From contig CAXBME010000018.1 in NCBI GenBank assembly GCA_963976765.1, positions 124,001 through 163,987 of the forward strand: DNA of 39,987 bases. The letters run 5' to 3'. This document shows positions 27,747 to 37,668 of this stretch, piece by piece. A model generated the notes under the pieces. That model was not told the origin of the DNA, ran no database searches, and worked only from the letters and a program-made list of their open reading frames with translations. The translations under genes and the position numbers were made by a program. Each line of letters opens with the position of its first letter. Within the stretch, counting starts at the first letter, position 1. This DNA is from an uncultured Planctomycetaceae bacterium (GTDB taxonomy: Bacteria > Planctomycetota > Planctomycetia > Planctomycetales > Planctomycetaceae).

Positions 27747-28493
27747 ATGCCTCATTCGAGTATCGCCATGAACGTAATCAAAAGTCTGTCACACAAAGTC
27801 AGCAAGGCCAACGGAATTCGTCGTCAGTTCGGCACGGGGGCGATGCTGCAACACGGGGTCAACACCATCGGTGCACGCCTGCTTGGCTTCGAAGCGTTGA
27901 CGCTGGTGTGGTTGCCGGTCGACGAAATGAAGATCGAACTCGACCTGCCCGACGACACCGAGATGCGGTTTCTGACTCCAACGGAAGTCGAACTGTTCGC
28001 TCAGGATCCGGCCAACGACTTTGCTGAGTCTCACGTCGAGAAAGCTCACGCCGGAACAGACCTCTGCTTCGCGGCGCTGGTCGACGGACGGCTGGCGTCT
28101 TACGGCTGGTACACGCTGGGGCGAGCGTTCTCGATCGGTGATCACGACCTGCTGATGCGAGGGCCGTCCAACGCGGCGTACATGCACAGCGGCTTCACAC
28201 ATCCGGATTTCCGCGGTCGACGGTTGCACGGCATCGGCATGGGACGAGCATTGAAGGCACTCTCACAACGAGGCGTCAATGCCCTGCTGTCCGACGTCAA
28301 CTGGGCGAATCACGCCTCGCTGAAAAGCTGCGCCCGCCTCGGCTACCGGATGCTCGGCAACCTGTACTCGTTCGGCGTGGGGCGACACCGTTTTGTCTCG
28401 TCACCAAAGGCCGCTCGAAACCTGGGCGTCACCTTCGAACGATCAACCGTGTCCGAGACGCATCCTGTCACGACGCCGTGCCGTGCCGCCTGA
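27747..28493 (+). CDS. GNAT-family N-acyltransferase
   Basis: Motif A FTHPDFRGRRLHG and motif B NHASLKSCARLGY; 20 nt after the fabH stop. Confidence 0.85.
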   Translation: MPHSSIAMNVIKSLSHKVSKANGIRRQFGTGAMLQHGVNTIGARLLGFEALTLVWLPVDEMKIELDLPDDTEMRFLTPTEVELFAQDPANDFAESHVEKAHAGTDLCFAALVDGRLASYGWYTLGRAFSIGDHDLLMRGPSNAAYMHSGFTHPDFRGRRLHGIGMGRALKALSQRGVNALLSDVNWANHASLKSCARLGYRMLGNLYSFGVGRHRFVSSPKAARNLGVTFERSTVSETHPVTTPCRAA

Positions 28494-28518
28494 CGATTCC
28501 TTGGTGCATTGCTGGAAA

Positions 28519-29784
28519 CTATTCCTGGCTCACAAAGACGACATCCGTGCTGACCATCGCGTCGCGGGAGTCGGTTGCTGAGAGCAGCCAGATGGTCGCC
28601 GAGTCGGGAACGGTGGCCGAGATCGTTTTCCCGTCAATACTCGCCGGCAAGCTGGTCCAGTTTCGCTCTGCCAGTCGTCCACTATCCGTCGTGTAGTGAA
28701 GTTGTGCCTGTTTGAGTTCGAGCGGCGTCTCGACGCCAACAGTCGCGACGCCATCTTTGAACTGTGGTGTTCCGAGCTGCGGAAGAGGATCCGTGTCGAG
28801 CAGGTGATGGTCGATAAAGCGACCGATTTCGTTCGGCTCCCAGCCCGGCTGATGACCGTGTCGCATTTTCACTTCGATGCGGATCTGCTTTGGCCCCTTT
28901 ACCAGACCATAACTCCGCGAGTAACTGACCAGCGGATAGTGAATATCGTTGGTTCCGTTGACAAAGAAAATGGGAACCCGGCACCTGGGCAGCCACGCTG
29001 AAGGATCGTACGTTTCGATCCACAGCGTTCTTTTCTCCGGCGAAAGCTGGTCGATCGCCGGCCGCTGGACAGACTCGCCGTCATAAAGAAATCCGCATCC
29101 GTAAACAGGCACTGCCGCTTTAAAACGGTGATCGACCGACGCGACGAGGCACGTCATGTAGCCGCCCCAGCTGATGCCGGTTACCGCGGTCCGCTCGGCG
29201 TCGACTTCTTTGAAGCTGCGAATCAGCGAATGAGCCCGGATCACCGCCGGCACGGAATGATGCTGCCAGTCGTCTGTCGGGTCGTCGCCGACGTTGGCAA
29301 ATTTCTCGACATGGCCGTGTTCCGGTCCGCCGCGTTCCAGACGTGGGCGGTCGACTGGTCGACTGAATTCATTGATCAACTCGCCAGTTGCGGGGTCGAA
29401 CCTGGGAGCCGGCGGTCGGCGGCCGGAAAGGTCCATCGCGATAGCTGCGTAACCTCGCTTCGCCCACAGCCATGTCCACTGCGCGAAGGCCGTTCCGCCT
29501 CCGCCATGAATCAGGACGACCGCTGGCAGATTCTTATCTTTGGAAAGGTCGCCACTGATCGTTCCTGGCGTGGCGTAAAACGCGAAAACGTCGGTAGTCT
29601 GACCTTTAAACTCTTCATTCTCATAGGTCAGCGACCTGATCGGACTTGAATCGTCCAGCCATTTCATCGGCGGCGGGGACGACAGCTTCTCAAGAGGCCA
29701 TAGCTCGTCCGCGCTGGAACGATTCGAGAAGTTTGAGGAAAGCACACTGACCACAACAGCAACGCAGATTGAAAACCGTGACAT
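28519..29784 (-). CDS. Secreted alpha/beta-hydrolase (acetyl-xylan-esterase/dienelactone-hydrolase-like)
   Basis: Signal peptide from ATG 29784; LIHGGGG, nucleophile elbow GISWGG, NGTND, MRHGH. Confidence 0.88.
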   Translation of the reverse strand: MSRFSICVAVVVSVLSSNFSNRSSADELWPLEKLSSPPPMKWLDDSSPIRSLTYENEEFKGQTTDVFAFYATPGTISGDLSKDKNLPAVVLIHGGGGTAFAQWTWLWAKRGYAAIAMDLSGRRPPAPRFDPATGELINEFSRPVDRPRLERGGPEHGHVEKFANVGDDPTDDWQHHSVPAVIRAHSLIRSFKEVDAERTAVTGISWGGYMTCLVASVDHRFKAAVPVYGCGFLYDGESVQRPAIDQLSPEKRTLWIETYDPSAWLPRCRVPIFFVNGTNDIHYPLVSYSRSYGLVKGPKQIRIEVKMRHGHQPGWEPNEIGRFIDHHLLDTDPLPQLGTPQFKDGVATVGVETPLELKQAQLHYTTDSGRLAERNWTSLPASIDGKTISATVPDSATIWLLSATDSRDAMVSTDVVFVSQE

Positions 29785-29914
29785 CGGACAGGAACCCTTT
29801 GAATGCGAATTGGAAAGTGAGCGGCTATTCTGCCCGGTCTGGCAGCGTCCTTCCATCATCCTGCAAGAGTACCTGCTCTGCGGGCACGAACATCTGACAT
29901 CCGGGGAAATCAAC

Positions 29915-30376
29915 ATGCAAATCTGGGTCGACGCCGATGCCTGCCCGGGCGAGATCAAAGAGCTGCTGTTTCGAGCGGCTGAGCGAACCAGAACCAAAGT
30001 AACGCTCGTCGCCAATCAACCAATGCGTACGCCGTACTCCGATTTCATCGACAGTATCCGAGTGGAATCAGGGCCGGACGTCGCCGATCGGAAGATCGTC
30101 GAACTTGTCGAACCCGGCGACCTTGCCATCACGGCGGACATCCCGCTGGCGGCCTTCGTCGTTGAAAAAGGCGGAGAGGCTCTTGATCCTCGCGGCGAGC
30201 TTTACACGAAAGCCAACGTCGGTGCCCGACTGGCCGCGAGAAATCTGATGGACGAACTGCGTGGAGGTGGTGAAATCACCGGCGGGCCATCAAACTTCAA
30301 CGCCAAAGACAAACAGACCTTTGCCAACCAACTTGATCGCTGGCTGACCGCAGCCCAAAAACACCCCTCGCCGTAA
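29915..30376 (+). CDS. yaiI: YaiI/YqxD (DUF188, PIN-like) protein
   Basis: [41 protein letters not shown]. Confidence 0.93.
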   Translation: MQIWVDADACPGEIKELLFRAAERTRTKVTLVANQPMRTPYSDFIDSIRVESGPDVADRKIVELVEPGDLAITADIPLAAFVVEKGGEALDPRGELYTKANVGARLAARNLMDELRGGGEITGGPSNFNAKDKQTFANQLDRWLTAAQKHPSP

Positions 30377-30392
30377 ATAATTTGTCCTGCAA

Positions 30393-30466
30393 GTGTGCCA
30401 CTGGTTCCGCCAGTGCCTGCTGCGACGGATCAAGTGATCTTTATACCGGCAGAGCCAGTGCCACAC
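30393..30466. repeat. REP/REPIN-like inverted pair of 23-bp units
   Basis: GTGTGCCACTGGTTCCGCCAGTG (30393-30415) and TACCGGCAGAGCCAGTGCCACAC (30444-30466) match 18/23 as inverted repeats; the left unit has an internal CACTGG-N5-CCAGTG palindrome. Confidence 0.7.
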
Positions 30467-30521
30467 ATCGAACTTTGCAAAGCTTCATCTGCATCAAAAA
30501 CACCGACCGAGAGTGATCGCC

Positions 30522-32066
30522 ATGCTCCGAACTACGATCTGCTATTCAGCATTTTTCGCCATCGTCGTGTTGACGATTTTTCCCGTCTCAGCCGCCGAGC
30601 GATCAAGCCAGCCCAACGTTGTCGTCTTCCTTGTCGACGATATGGGCGTCATGGATACATCGCTGCCGTTCCTGACCGATGCCGACGGTAATGCAAAGCG
30701 GTATCCACTGAACGATTTTTATCGAACGCCCAGCATGGAACGACTCGCCGCTGGCGGAGTTCGGTTCAATAATTTCTACGCAATGAGTGTTTGCTCACCG
30801 ACACGCATTTCGATCATGACCGGACAGAACGCCGCGCGGCACCACGCGACGAACTGGATCAACCCTGCAAAAAACAACCGGGGACCGTTCGGACCTCCGG
30901 ACTGGAACTGGGAGGGGCTGACACAGGACAGCGTTACTCTACCGAGAATTCTGAGCGAAGCCGGCTACCAGACGATTCACGTCGGCAAGGGACACTTCGG
31001 AGCGGACTCGTTCCCCGGCGCCGAACCACTGAACCTTGGCTTCAACGTCAATGTCGGCGGAGCGTCTTTCGGGGCTCCGGGCAGCTACTACGCCAGTCAG
31101 AATTTCGGCTGGGGCACGAAACGGGAACATCACGCCGTCCCGCATCTCAAAAAATATCACGGTTCTGACACGTTTCTCACCGAAGCGTTGACGATCGAAG
31201 CGAAAGCGCAAGTCACCAGCGCCGTCCAGGCGAAGAAACCGTTCTACCTCTACATGGCTCACTACGCGGTACACGCTCCGTTTGAATCAGACCCTCGCTT
31301 CGCTGCGAACTACGCTGATTCCGACAAACCGAAAAACGCGCAGGCATTCGCGACGCTGATCGAAGGCATGGACAAATCGCTCGGCGACCTGCTCGACCAT
31401 TTGAACGAGCTGGGCGTTGCCGAAAACACGATTGTCCTGTTTCTAGGAGACAACGGCTCTGACGCTCCGCTCGGCCATGAACACGCTGTCGCCTGTGCCG
31501 CGCCGCTGCGAGGCAAAAAGGGGGCTCACTACGAAGGGGGCATGAGAGTTCCGTTCATCGCCGCCTGGGCCAAAGCCAGTGTGGACACCCCCATCCATGC
31601 AAAGCTGCCCATCGCTGCCGGCTCGATCCAGAGCCAGACGGCTAATGTTACCGACCTCTTCCCGACGATCCTCAGCCTGGTCGGGCAACAACCACCGAGC
31701 GACCACGCTGTCGACGGCTCGATTCTCAACACCCTGCTGACCGGAAAATCGGACACGTCGCGACAGGAAGAATTCCTGATGCACTATCCGCACGCGCCCC
31801 ACCGTAGCGACTACTGGACCTCATACCGCAACGGTGACTGGAAAGTCATCTATCACTACTACCCGTCGAAGGATTCGGAAGATTCCCGATACCAGCTCTA
31901 CAACCTGGCCGACGATCCATTCGAGTCGACAAACCTGGCCGGCTCGAACCCCGATCAGCTTCGCGACTTGATGAAAGGCCTGATCGCTGGCTTGGAAAAT
32001 TATCAGGCTCAGTTTCCGGTCGACAAAGCGGACAGCACGACGCCGGTCATGCCGACTCTGCCGTAG
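30522..32066 (+). CDS. Sulfatase (S1 family, Cys-type)
   Basis: Signal peptide, PNVVVFLVDDMG, CSPTR..IMTG, VGKGH, GDNG, YEGGMRVPFI. Confidence 0.95.
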   Translation: MLRTTICYSAFFAIVVLTIFPVSAAERSSQPNVVVFLVDDMGVMDTSLPFLTDADGNAKRYPLNDFYRTPSMERLAAGGVRFNNFYAMSVCSPTRISIMTGQNAARHHATNWINPAKNNRGPFGPPDWNWEGLTQDSVTLPRILSEAGYQTIHVGKGHFGADSFPGAEPLNLGFNVNVGGASFGAPGSYYASQNFGWGTKREHHAVPHLKKYHGSDTFLTEALTIEAKAQVTSAVQAKKPFYLYMAHYAVHAPFESDPRFAANYADSDKPKNAQAFATLIEGMDKSLGDLLDHLNELGVAENTIVLFLGDNGSDAPLGHEHAVACAAPLRGKKGAHYEGGMRVPFIAAWAKASVDTPIHAKLPIAAGSIQSQTANVTDLFPTILSLVGQQPPSDHAVDGSILNTLLTGKSDTSRQEEFLMHYPHAPHRSDYWTSYRNGDWKVIYHYYPSKDSEDSRYQLYNLADDPFESTNLAGSNPDQLRDLMKGLIAGLENYQAQFPVDKADSTTPVMPTLP

Positions 32067-32538
32067 CGGCATCCGGAACAGGTTCCTTAACTCTCTTCCA
32101 ATGCCAGATCGTTGGCTCGTTCTGGTAGTTCCGGTAGTCGTTTCCTTGAAGCAACCCGGGAATGTCCCAGAAGTTCTGCTCGTCAACCTTGTAAACGTAC
32201 GACAGGCCGTTGTCAGGATTGCCACCAACTCCAAAGAACGTCATGACGCGAATGTCACCGGACTTTGTCACTCTGAACTCGACCGAGTGCTCGTGAATCT
32301 TTTTTCCAGTCGCCAGGCTGAATCGCGTCAACGTTTCCCGATTTCCGACGATCGTCTTAATACTGCGAGTCGTTGGCTTGCCTTTACCGCCATGATGCAG
32401 CTCCCAGGTGCCTTGCAGCAATTTCAAATCGACCTGCAGTTCCTTCTCGACGGCACCTTTTTCCTGAGCGTCTGACATCACGGACAACGCGGCCAGCAAC
32501 AAAGCCCCCACGACAACGGTCATTCCAGACTTCTTCAC
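32047..32538 (-). CDS. Secreted hypothetical protein, TIGR03067-like planctomycete domain
   Basis: AGGAG RBS, GTG start, signal peptide, DLKLLQGTW motif; its 3' end overlaps the convergent sulfatase by 20 nt. Confidence 0.7.
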   Translation of the reverse strand: MKKSGMTVVVGALLLAALSVMSDAQEKGAVEKELQVDLKLLQGTWELHHGGKGKPTTRSIKTIVGNRETLTRFSLATGKKIHEHSVEFRVTKSGDIRVMTFFGVGGNPDNGLSYVYKVDEQNFWDIPGLLQGNDYRNYQNEPTIWHWKRVKEPVPDAATAESA

Positions 32539-32553
32539 GATTGGGTACTCCTG

Positions 32554-35500
32554 TTAATCGATTTGCGACGGCTTCCACAAAATCGGTTCCGGTAAACGAC
32601 GGCTGTTGAAGAGTATCTGCTTTCCATCCGGCGACCAGACTCCGTAGGTGTTGATCTGGTCCATCGGCTGAGTCTCCAACAGCGAAAATTTCCCGGCGGA
32701 AAGGTCGTAGACAAACAATCGCTTGCCGGAATGAGCCGCCGAGTGCTTGCTCATCAGAATGCTCTTACCGTCCGGATGCCAGCCGAAATCCGTATCAACT
32801 GAATCAGTCGTTAGAACCTTGAATCCCTTGTCCGAACCATCCAGAGAGGTAATGCAGGTTTCAAAGGTGCCATCGGTCAGTCGCCCCTTGAACACAATCT
32901 GCTGGCTGTCGGGTGACCATTCCATATTCCAGTAGATCTGCGAGTACCGGCTGGCCTGCTCGCCCTTCAGCAGCTCTTGCGTCTCTTTGGACTGAATATC
33001 GACGATGGCCACATTGCTCGCAAAACGACCGTCGACCCGGCCTCGCGATTCGTAGGCGATCCACTTTCCATCGGGCGACCACTGAGCGCCCCATCCGTCA
33101 GGCGTGATGACCTTTCGATCTGCCCCGTCAAGATCCATCGTCGCCTGACCGTTGAATACCCAGGTGAACGCAAGACGTTTTCCATCCGGAGAGAACGTGG
33201 GCATCGCAGCAACTCCGAGATCTTTCAGCCCTGTTCCGTCCGATTTAATCGTGAACGAGTGCGATGTCTCCGCCCGCCCCGACCAGGCGTCAAACGCAAT
33301 CAGGTCGCCATTCGGAGACCAGTCGGGCGACCCATGCGACAACCCTTCGGCCGACGGAATCGGCTTTGTCAGTTGCCGCAAATCGGTTCCGTCAGCATTC
33401 ATCACGTACAAATGCCCCTTTGGGGGATTTGCCAGATCCGGTAGCAGCAACAGCTCATCAGCCGAAAGGCGAAGACTTTTCCACGTCACAGACGTCGTCG
33501 CAAACTCGTTCGCGACAACACGCAACAGAACTTCGGCGGGTCGCTCTCCGATGGTCTCGATGGTTCGTGACGTCAGAATTCGAAACTGGTCCGAATCATA
33601 CTCGGCAACCAGAACATGGACGGTGTCTCCACGACGGGCGATGCGGAATCTGCCCCCCAGAATCTCTGTCGGAAAATTCTCGTAACTACGGCTGACAGCT
33701 CCAGCATTCGCCGCTTCGGTTCCAGGCTCTGCCGGAAAAACCCAGGTCACCACCAGTCGATGCGGATCGGGCTCCTGCCACTGCCGTCGAACGCTGATCT
33801 GATAACCACCTTCACAATTCAGAATCAGTTCGCCACTGGAATTTTTCGTGCTGGGTAGTGCCAGATCGTCAAACACCGCCGCCACATCCAGATCCCGGTG
33901 CATTCTGAAGGCGACACTGATTTGCGACTGCGTGTATTTACCTTCGCCTCGCTGGCTGTGCGTAAGCCCATTTGCCCCGGGCAGAAATTGACCACGCGAC
34001 GAGCCGCCGATGCTGAAGAATTCTTCCGACACCCCCTGCTCGCCGAAATCGTAGTTGAACGCTGGACCATGTTTCTGCAGATCACTATCCAGTTTCTGAG
34101 GCGTCGCATCTGCAAGCTGCTGCGACGCGACCGGCGGCAACTCACGAGGCCAGTCGCCGCGCATAACAACCTGACGAACCCGGACGCCGGTCCTGTCCGA
34201 AAAATGGAACAGACCAAAATGTCGCGAGTTTGTGGCTTCGAGATCGAATGCAAAGATTGGCTCGCCATTCAGTGCGACGGCGAGTGATCGATCAACAATT
34301 GAAAGCCTCACTCTGTTCCACTCGTCGGCCTTCAGCGGCAACGGGCTGACCGCAACCCCCTGCCCTTTCGCTTCGAACAAGTTGTCCGGCGAGAGGGATG
34401 TCCGGTCGTATCTTCCGTCGGTGATCCGGTGCAGCCGCACGCCGTCAGGTTCGAGCATGATTGCCAACCTGCCGAATGCCGGATGAACATGCAGCTCGTC
34501 TGGGCTGTAGAAGAATTCGTACTCGATCGACCCGTCCTCGATCAGTGGCCGGAAGTACCTCAGCAGACTTTCTTCCGATGAACCTGCCGTGCTGGTGCGT
34601 CGCCAACCGGAAATCTGTGTCCCGGATTCGTCAGTCGCCTCGCCGGCCAGCATCCAGCGAGCAGAACTTCCGACTTCACCAACCGAGTCTTCGTGATAGG
34701 CGTACCACCCGTACGCACATTCGGGCGATGAAATTTCAACGGATGCCGGAATCTGTGGCGACCCGGTAATTCTCAAGTCGCGAAAGACCCCGCTCGAACG
34801 CCCCCAGCTCCGAACACCGACCCACGGATCGAAGTCAGGGGAAACGTTCTTTTCGTCGACCAGCCGACCATGAAGCCAGGTTTTGACAACGCCGTCATGT
34901 ACCGTCGCTCGATATCGAATCCAGAGATTGTCCTTCGTGAATGGCGGGTCGACCTTCTGAATTACCGGCCCGGTACGAAATTTTCCGGTGACCAGTTCGA
35001 ACTTGTTTCTCGGTCCAAACAAAGTTCCCGCTGTCAGGACATGAACGTTGCCTGGTGCCTGCAGGTCGGCTTCGACCTGAAAGTTTCCACGCAGAGGGCT
35101 TCGAAAAAGCAGATAGTCTTCGTCGTGTCCAACAATGTGCTGACACGCTTCCCCATTCCAGTCCCAGGTCGACATCGGAATTCCACGACCGCGGCTCCTG
35201 CCTCGTTCGCGTGTCACAGAAATCAAATCGGTGACTGGCTGAGCTGTTTGAATGCTGTCGAGCGATGCTGCTTTTCGCGGAAGCGCCTGACGGTATTGAT
35301 GCCTGCGAGTCAGTGAGGCCCAGTACGAAAACCAGACGTCAGCACCTTCCGGGCGATTCTTCAAGACTCGCTGTTTCATCAGCAGGTCAAGGAGATCGCC
35401 GACGTCAGCAAAGTCCGGAAATTTTCTAACGCAGCAATCCGCCACAAGCGTCTCTGGCCACTGCCCATACATCTCGACCGGGTCGGAATTCCTGACCGCT

Positions 35501-36048
35501 TCGTAGAGCACGTCGAAATACTGTTCGGCAGCCGGCAGATCGTTCAGCCCAAGGCTGAGCATCATCAACAGAGCAGTCTTTGAACGACTTTGAAGATCGT
35601 CCTGCGCCGTCGGAATCAGGGCCACGCGGTCCCGAAGTTCCTTCAGTCGTCCGGTGCGGGCCGCCACGTCCAGTAAATCAACAATCGGCGAAACCAGCGT
35701 CCAGCCAGAGCCGTCGGCTTCGCTGAGGCCATTTCCTGCAACGTCTACCGGAACAAACTCACCGCCCGTGCGAAAGCTCAGATGCAGCGTGCCCGGCAGA
35801 ACCCAGTCGGAAAGCAATTCAAACGCTTCGACGTCAGGCAGCGAGGCGGCTTTCCGGCGAACATTCAACACATTTTCGGACAGGAACTCCTCTCCGAAAA
35901 TCTCAACGGCAACATCACCCGACCACGGAGCGGCAACGCCAACTGCCTGACCAGACAGTAAAGCACACAACGCCATCAGCAGATTGAACAGTCTTTTCTT
36001 GTCCGAAAGTCGATCGCAGTGGCCGCGACGTTGCGACTCCGTCATCAC
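32554..36048 (-). CDS. Exported DUF1583/DUF1581-like protein with C-terminal TolB-like (PD40) beta-propeller
   Basis: Signal peptide; ESLLRYFRPLIEDGSIEYEFFY...VHPAFGRLA (DUF1583-like, from memory); repeats PDWSPNG, PTFSPDGK, QWSPDGK, EWSPDS, GWHPDGK, VWSPDGK. Confidence 0.8.
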   Translation of the reverse strand: MMTESQRRGHCDRLSDKKRLFNLLMALCALLSGQAVGVAAPWSGDVAVEIFGEEFLSENVLNVRRKAASLPDVEAFELLSDWVLPGTLHLSFRTGGEFVPVDVAGNGLSEADGSGWTLVSPIVDLLDVAARTGRLKELRDRVALIPTAQDDLQSRSKTALLMMLSLGLNDLPAAEQYFDVLYEAVRNSDPVEMYGQWPETLVADCCVRKFPDFADVGDLLDLLMKQRVLKNRPEGADVWFSYWASLTRRHQYRQALPRKAASLDSIQTAQPVTDLISVTRERGRSRGRGIPMSTWDWNGEACQHIVGHDEDYLLFRSPLRGNFQVEADLQAPGNVHVLTAGTLFGPRNKFELVTGKFRTGPVIQKVDPPFTKDNLWIRYRATVHDGVVKTWLHGRLVDEKNVSPDFDPWVGVRSWGRSSGVFRDLRITGSPQIPASVEISSPECAYGWYAYHEDSVGEVGSSARWMLAGEATDESGTQISGWRRTSTAGSSEESLLRYFRPLIEDGSIEYEFFYSPDELHVHPAFGRLAIMLEPDGVRLHRITDGRYDRTSLSPDNLFEAKGQGVAVSPLPLKADEWNRVRLSIVDRSLAVALNGEPIFAFDLEATNSRHFGLFHFSDRTGVRVRQVVMRGDWPRELPPVASQQLADATPQKLDSDLQKHGPAFNYDFGEQGVSEEFFSIGGSSRGQFLPGANGLTHSQRGEGKYTQSQISVAFRMHRDLDVAAVFDDLALPSTKNSSGELILNCEGGYQISVRRQWQEPDPHRLVVTWVFPAEPGTEAANAGAVSRSYENFPTEILGGRFRIARRGDTVHVLVAEYDSDQFRILTSRTIETIGERPAEVLLRVVANEFATTSVTWKSLRLSADELLLLPDLANPPKGHLYVMNADGTDLRQLTKPIPSAEGLSHGSPDWSPNGDLIAFDAWSGRAETSHSFTIKSDGTGLKDLGVAAMPTFSPDGKRLAFTWVFNGQATMDLDGADRKVITPDGWGAQWSPDGKWIAYESRGRVDGRFASNVAIVDIQSKETQELLKGEQASRYSQIYWNMEWSPDSQQIVFKGRLTDGTFETCITSLDGSDKGFKVLTTDSVDTDFGWHPDGKSILMSKHSAAHSGKRLFVYDLSAGKFSLLETQPMDQINTYGVWSPDGKQILFNSRRLPEPILWKPSQID

Positions 36049-36492
36049 CTCAACTCCATCGCCTGGCGGTCATGCAAAGCTGTCCGCAAAACATGCAAGT
36101 CCTCGTCACGGTTCAAAGTAACCTGACGCGCCGGCAACGCAAGCAGACTGTAGCAGACTCGATCTTCTCAATCATCAGTCGACTCAATAGTTACCCCGAC
36201 AACTCGTTCGACGAAGTTTGCCTCAGATGTTCTGGCCTGATTCCGCCCATCCAGTTAAAGTTGCCTCAGGAATGACTGACGAAATCAGTCGTGCAATTAA
36301 CAATCAACGAGTGCTCGGTCGCACGAACTACGCTGCAAGCGTTCTACCCAATAGCCAGAGGCGCCGCACAGTGGCGAGCCATGGCTAGAGCTAATCTCTG
36401 TGCAGATTTCATTTGACAAACAAGCCAAAAACCAGCACGCCCTGTAATGTGCCAACTTCAACGGCAGGTACTAACAAACGACGGAATCAGCG

Positions 36493-37512
36493 ATGTCAGA
36501 ACCGACCGACAGTTATCCGACGATTATTCTTTCCGGGACGGATCCCGATCTGCCTGAAGAATTCAGCAACGACTTTTCGAAGTACAAAAACTTCAAAGAG
36601 ATGGCCCGTGGTGGCAGTTCGCTGCTGAGATCGTGTTGGGACTCGATCATGGGCCGGACGGTTGCCTTGAAAACTTTGCAGCCAAAAGCCTCGACAAATC
36701 CAAGCGAACGAAGACGGTTTCTTCGAGAAGCCAGAGTCACCGCGCAGCTTGCTCATCCAGCAACGGTTCCGGTCTATGAAATCGGCAAGACCGACGAAGG
36801 ACAGCTTTACTTCACGATGAAGTGCATCGCCGGGGAAAACCTGTTCAAAATTCTGCAACGTCTCAGTTGGGGAGACAAAACCACAGAACAGGAATACCCG
36901 CTACACACCCTGATCGACATGATGACTCAGGCGGCTCAGGCCCTGGCTTACGCACACGTTCACGGCGTCATTCACCGGGACGTCAAACCGGAAAACATCT
37001 GGGTCGGGAAATTTGGCGAAGTCATTCTGCTCGACTGGGGAGTCGCCAAGGTCTGGGGACAATCCGACAAAGACGCGATCCCCACCCAGGAGCTGGATGA
37101 GAAGCTGGCCACGTCCAAAGACCAGCAGCTTCAGACTCTGACGCTTGATGGCCAGCGTCCGGGCACGCCGCTTTACATGTCTCCTGAAGCTGTGCTCGGC
37201 AACCGGAACATTGACGAGCGAACGGACATCTTCAGTTTCGGCGTGCTGATGTACGAAGTGTTGACGTTCAGCGAACCGTTTCGCGGTCCAACCATTCGGC
37301 ACACGTTTGACAATATCATCAACTTCAATCCGCCGTCGCTGCTCAAGAAAGCTCCAGCCAGAAACATTCCTGAAGCGCTCGACCGAATCGTCTTGAAGGC
37401 TATCGAGAAGGACCCGAACGACCGCTACGAATCGATGCTCGACATGATCGACGACTTACGTGCCACGCGACTGGAACTACTGTCAGCACCGCGAAAACCC
37501 AAAGAAATGTGA
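36493..37512 (+). CDS. Soluble Hanks-type Ser/Thr protein kinase
   Basis: VALK, RFLREAR, HRDVKPEN, LDWG, GTPLYMSPE, DIFSFG; no TM or sensor domain. Confidence 0.95.
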   Translation: MSEPTDSYPTIILSGTDPDLPEEFSNDFSKYKNFKEMARGGSSLLRSCWDSIMGRTVALKTLQPKASTNPSERRRFLREARVTAQLAHPATVPVYEIGKTDEGQLYFTMKCIAGENLFKILQRLSWGDKTTEQEYPLHTLIDMMTQAAQALAYAHVHGVIHRDVKPENIWVGKFGEVILLDWGVAKVWGQSDKDAIPTQELDEKLATSKDQQLQTLTLDGQRPGTPLYMSPEAVLGNRNIDERTDIFSFGVLMYEVLTFSEPFRGPTIRHTFDNIINFNPPSLLKKAPARNIPEALDRIVLKAIEKDPNDRYESMLDMIDDLRATRLELLSAPRKPKEM

Positions 37513-37592
37513 ACGTGACGCCTTCACTGAATCGGTTCCGCAAAACCGGACGCGACAACTGACGCCTCGCGTTTCAGAAAGTAAGTACAAAC

Positions 37593-37628
37593 AAAAAACG
37601 GTCGTCTGGAAATTCCAGACGACCGTTT
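37593..37628 (-). terminator. Intrinsic terminator downstream of glnII (possibly bidirectional)
   Basis: 15-bp perfect stem AAACGGTCGTCTGGA / TCCAGACGACCGTTT with a 3-nt loop and a U-tract on the minus strand; lies between the convergent kinase and glnII. Confidence 0.85.
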
Positions 37629-37668
37629 CTGATTCACCGATCAGCAACTCTCAATTGGAAACGAATTC

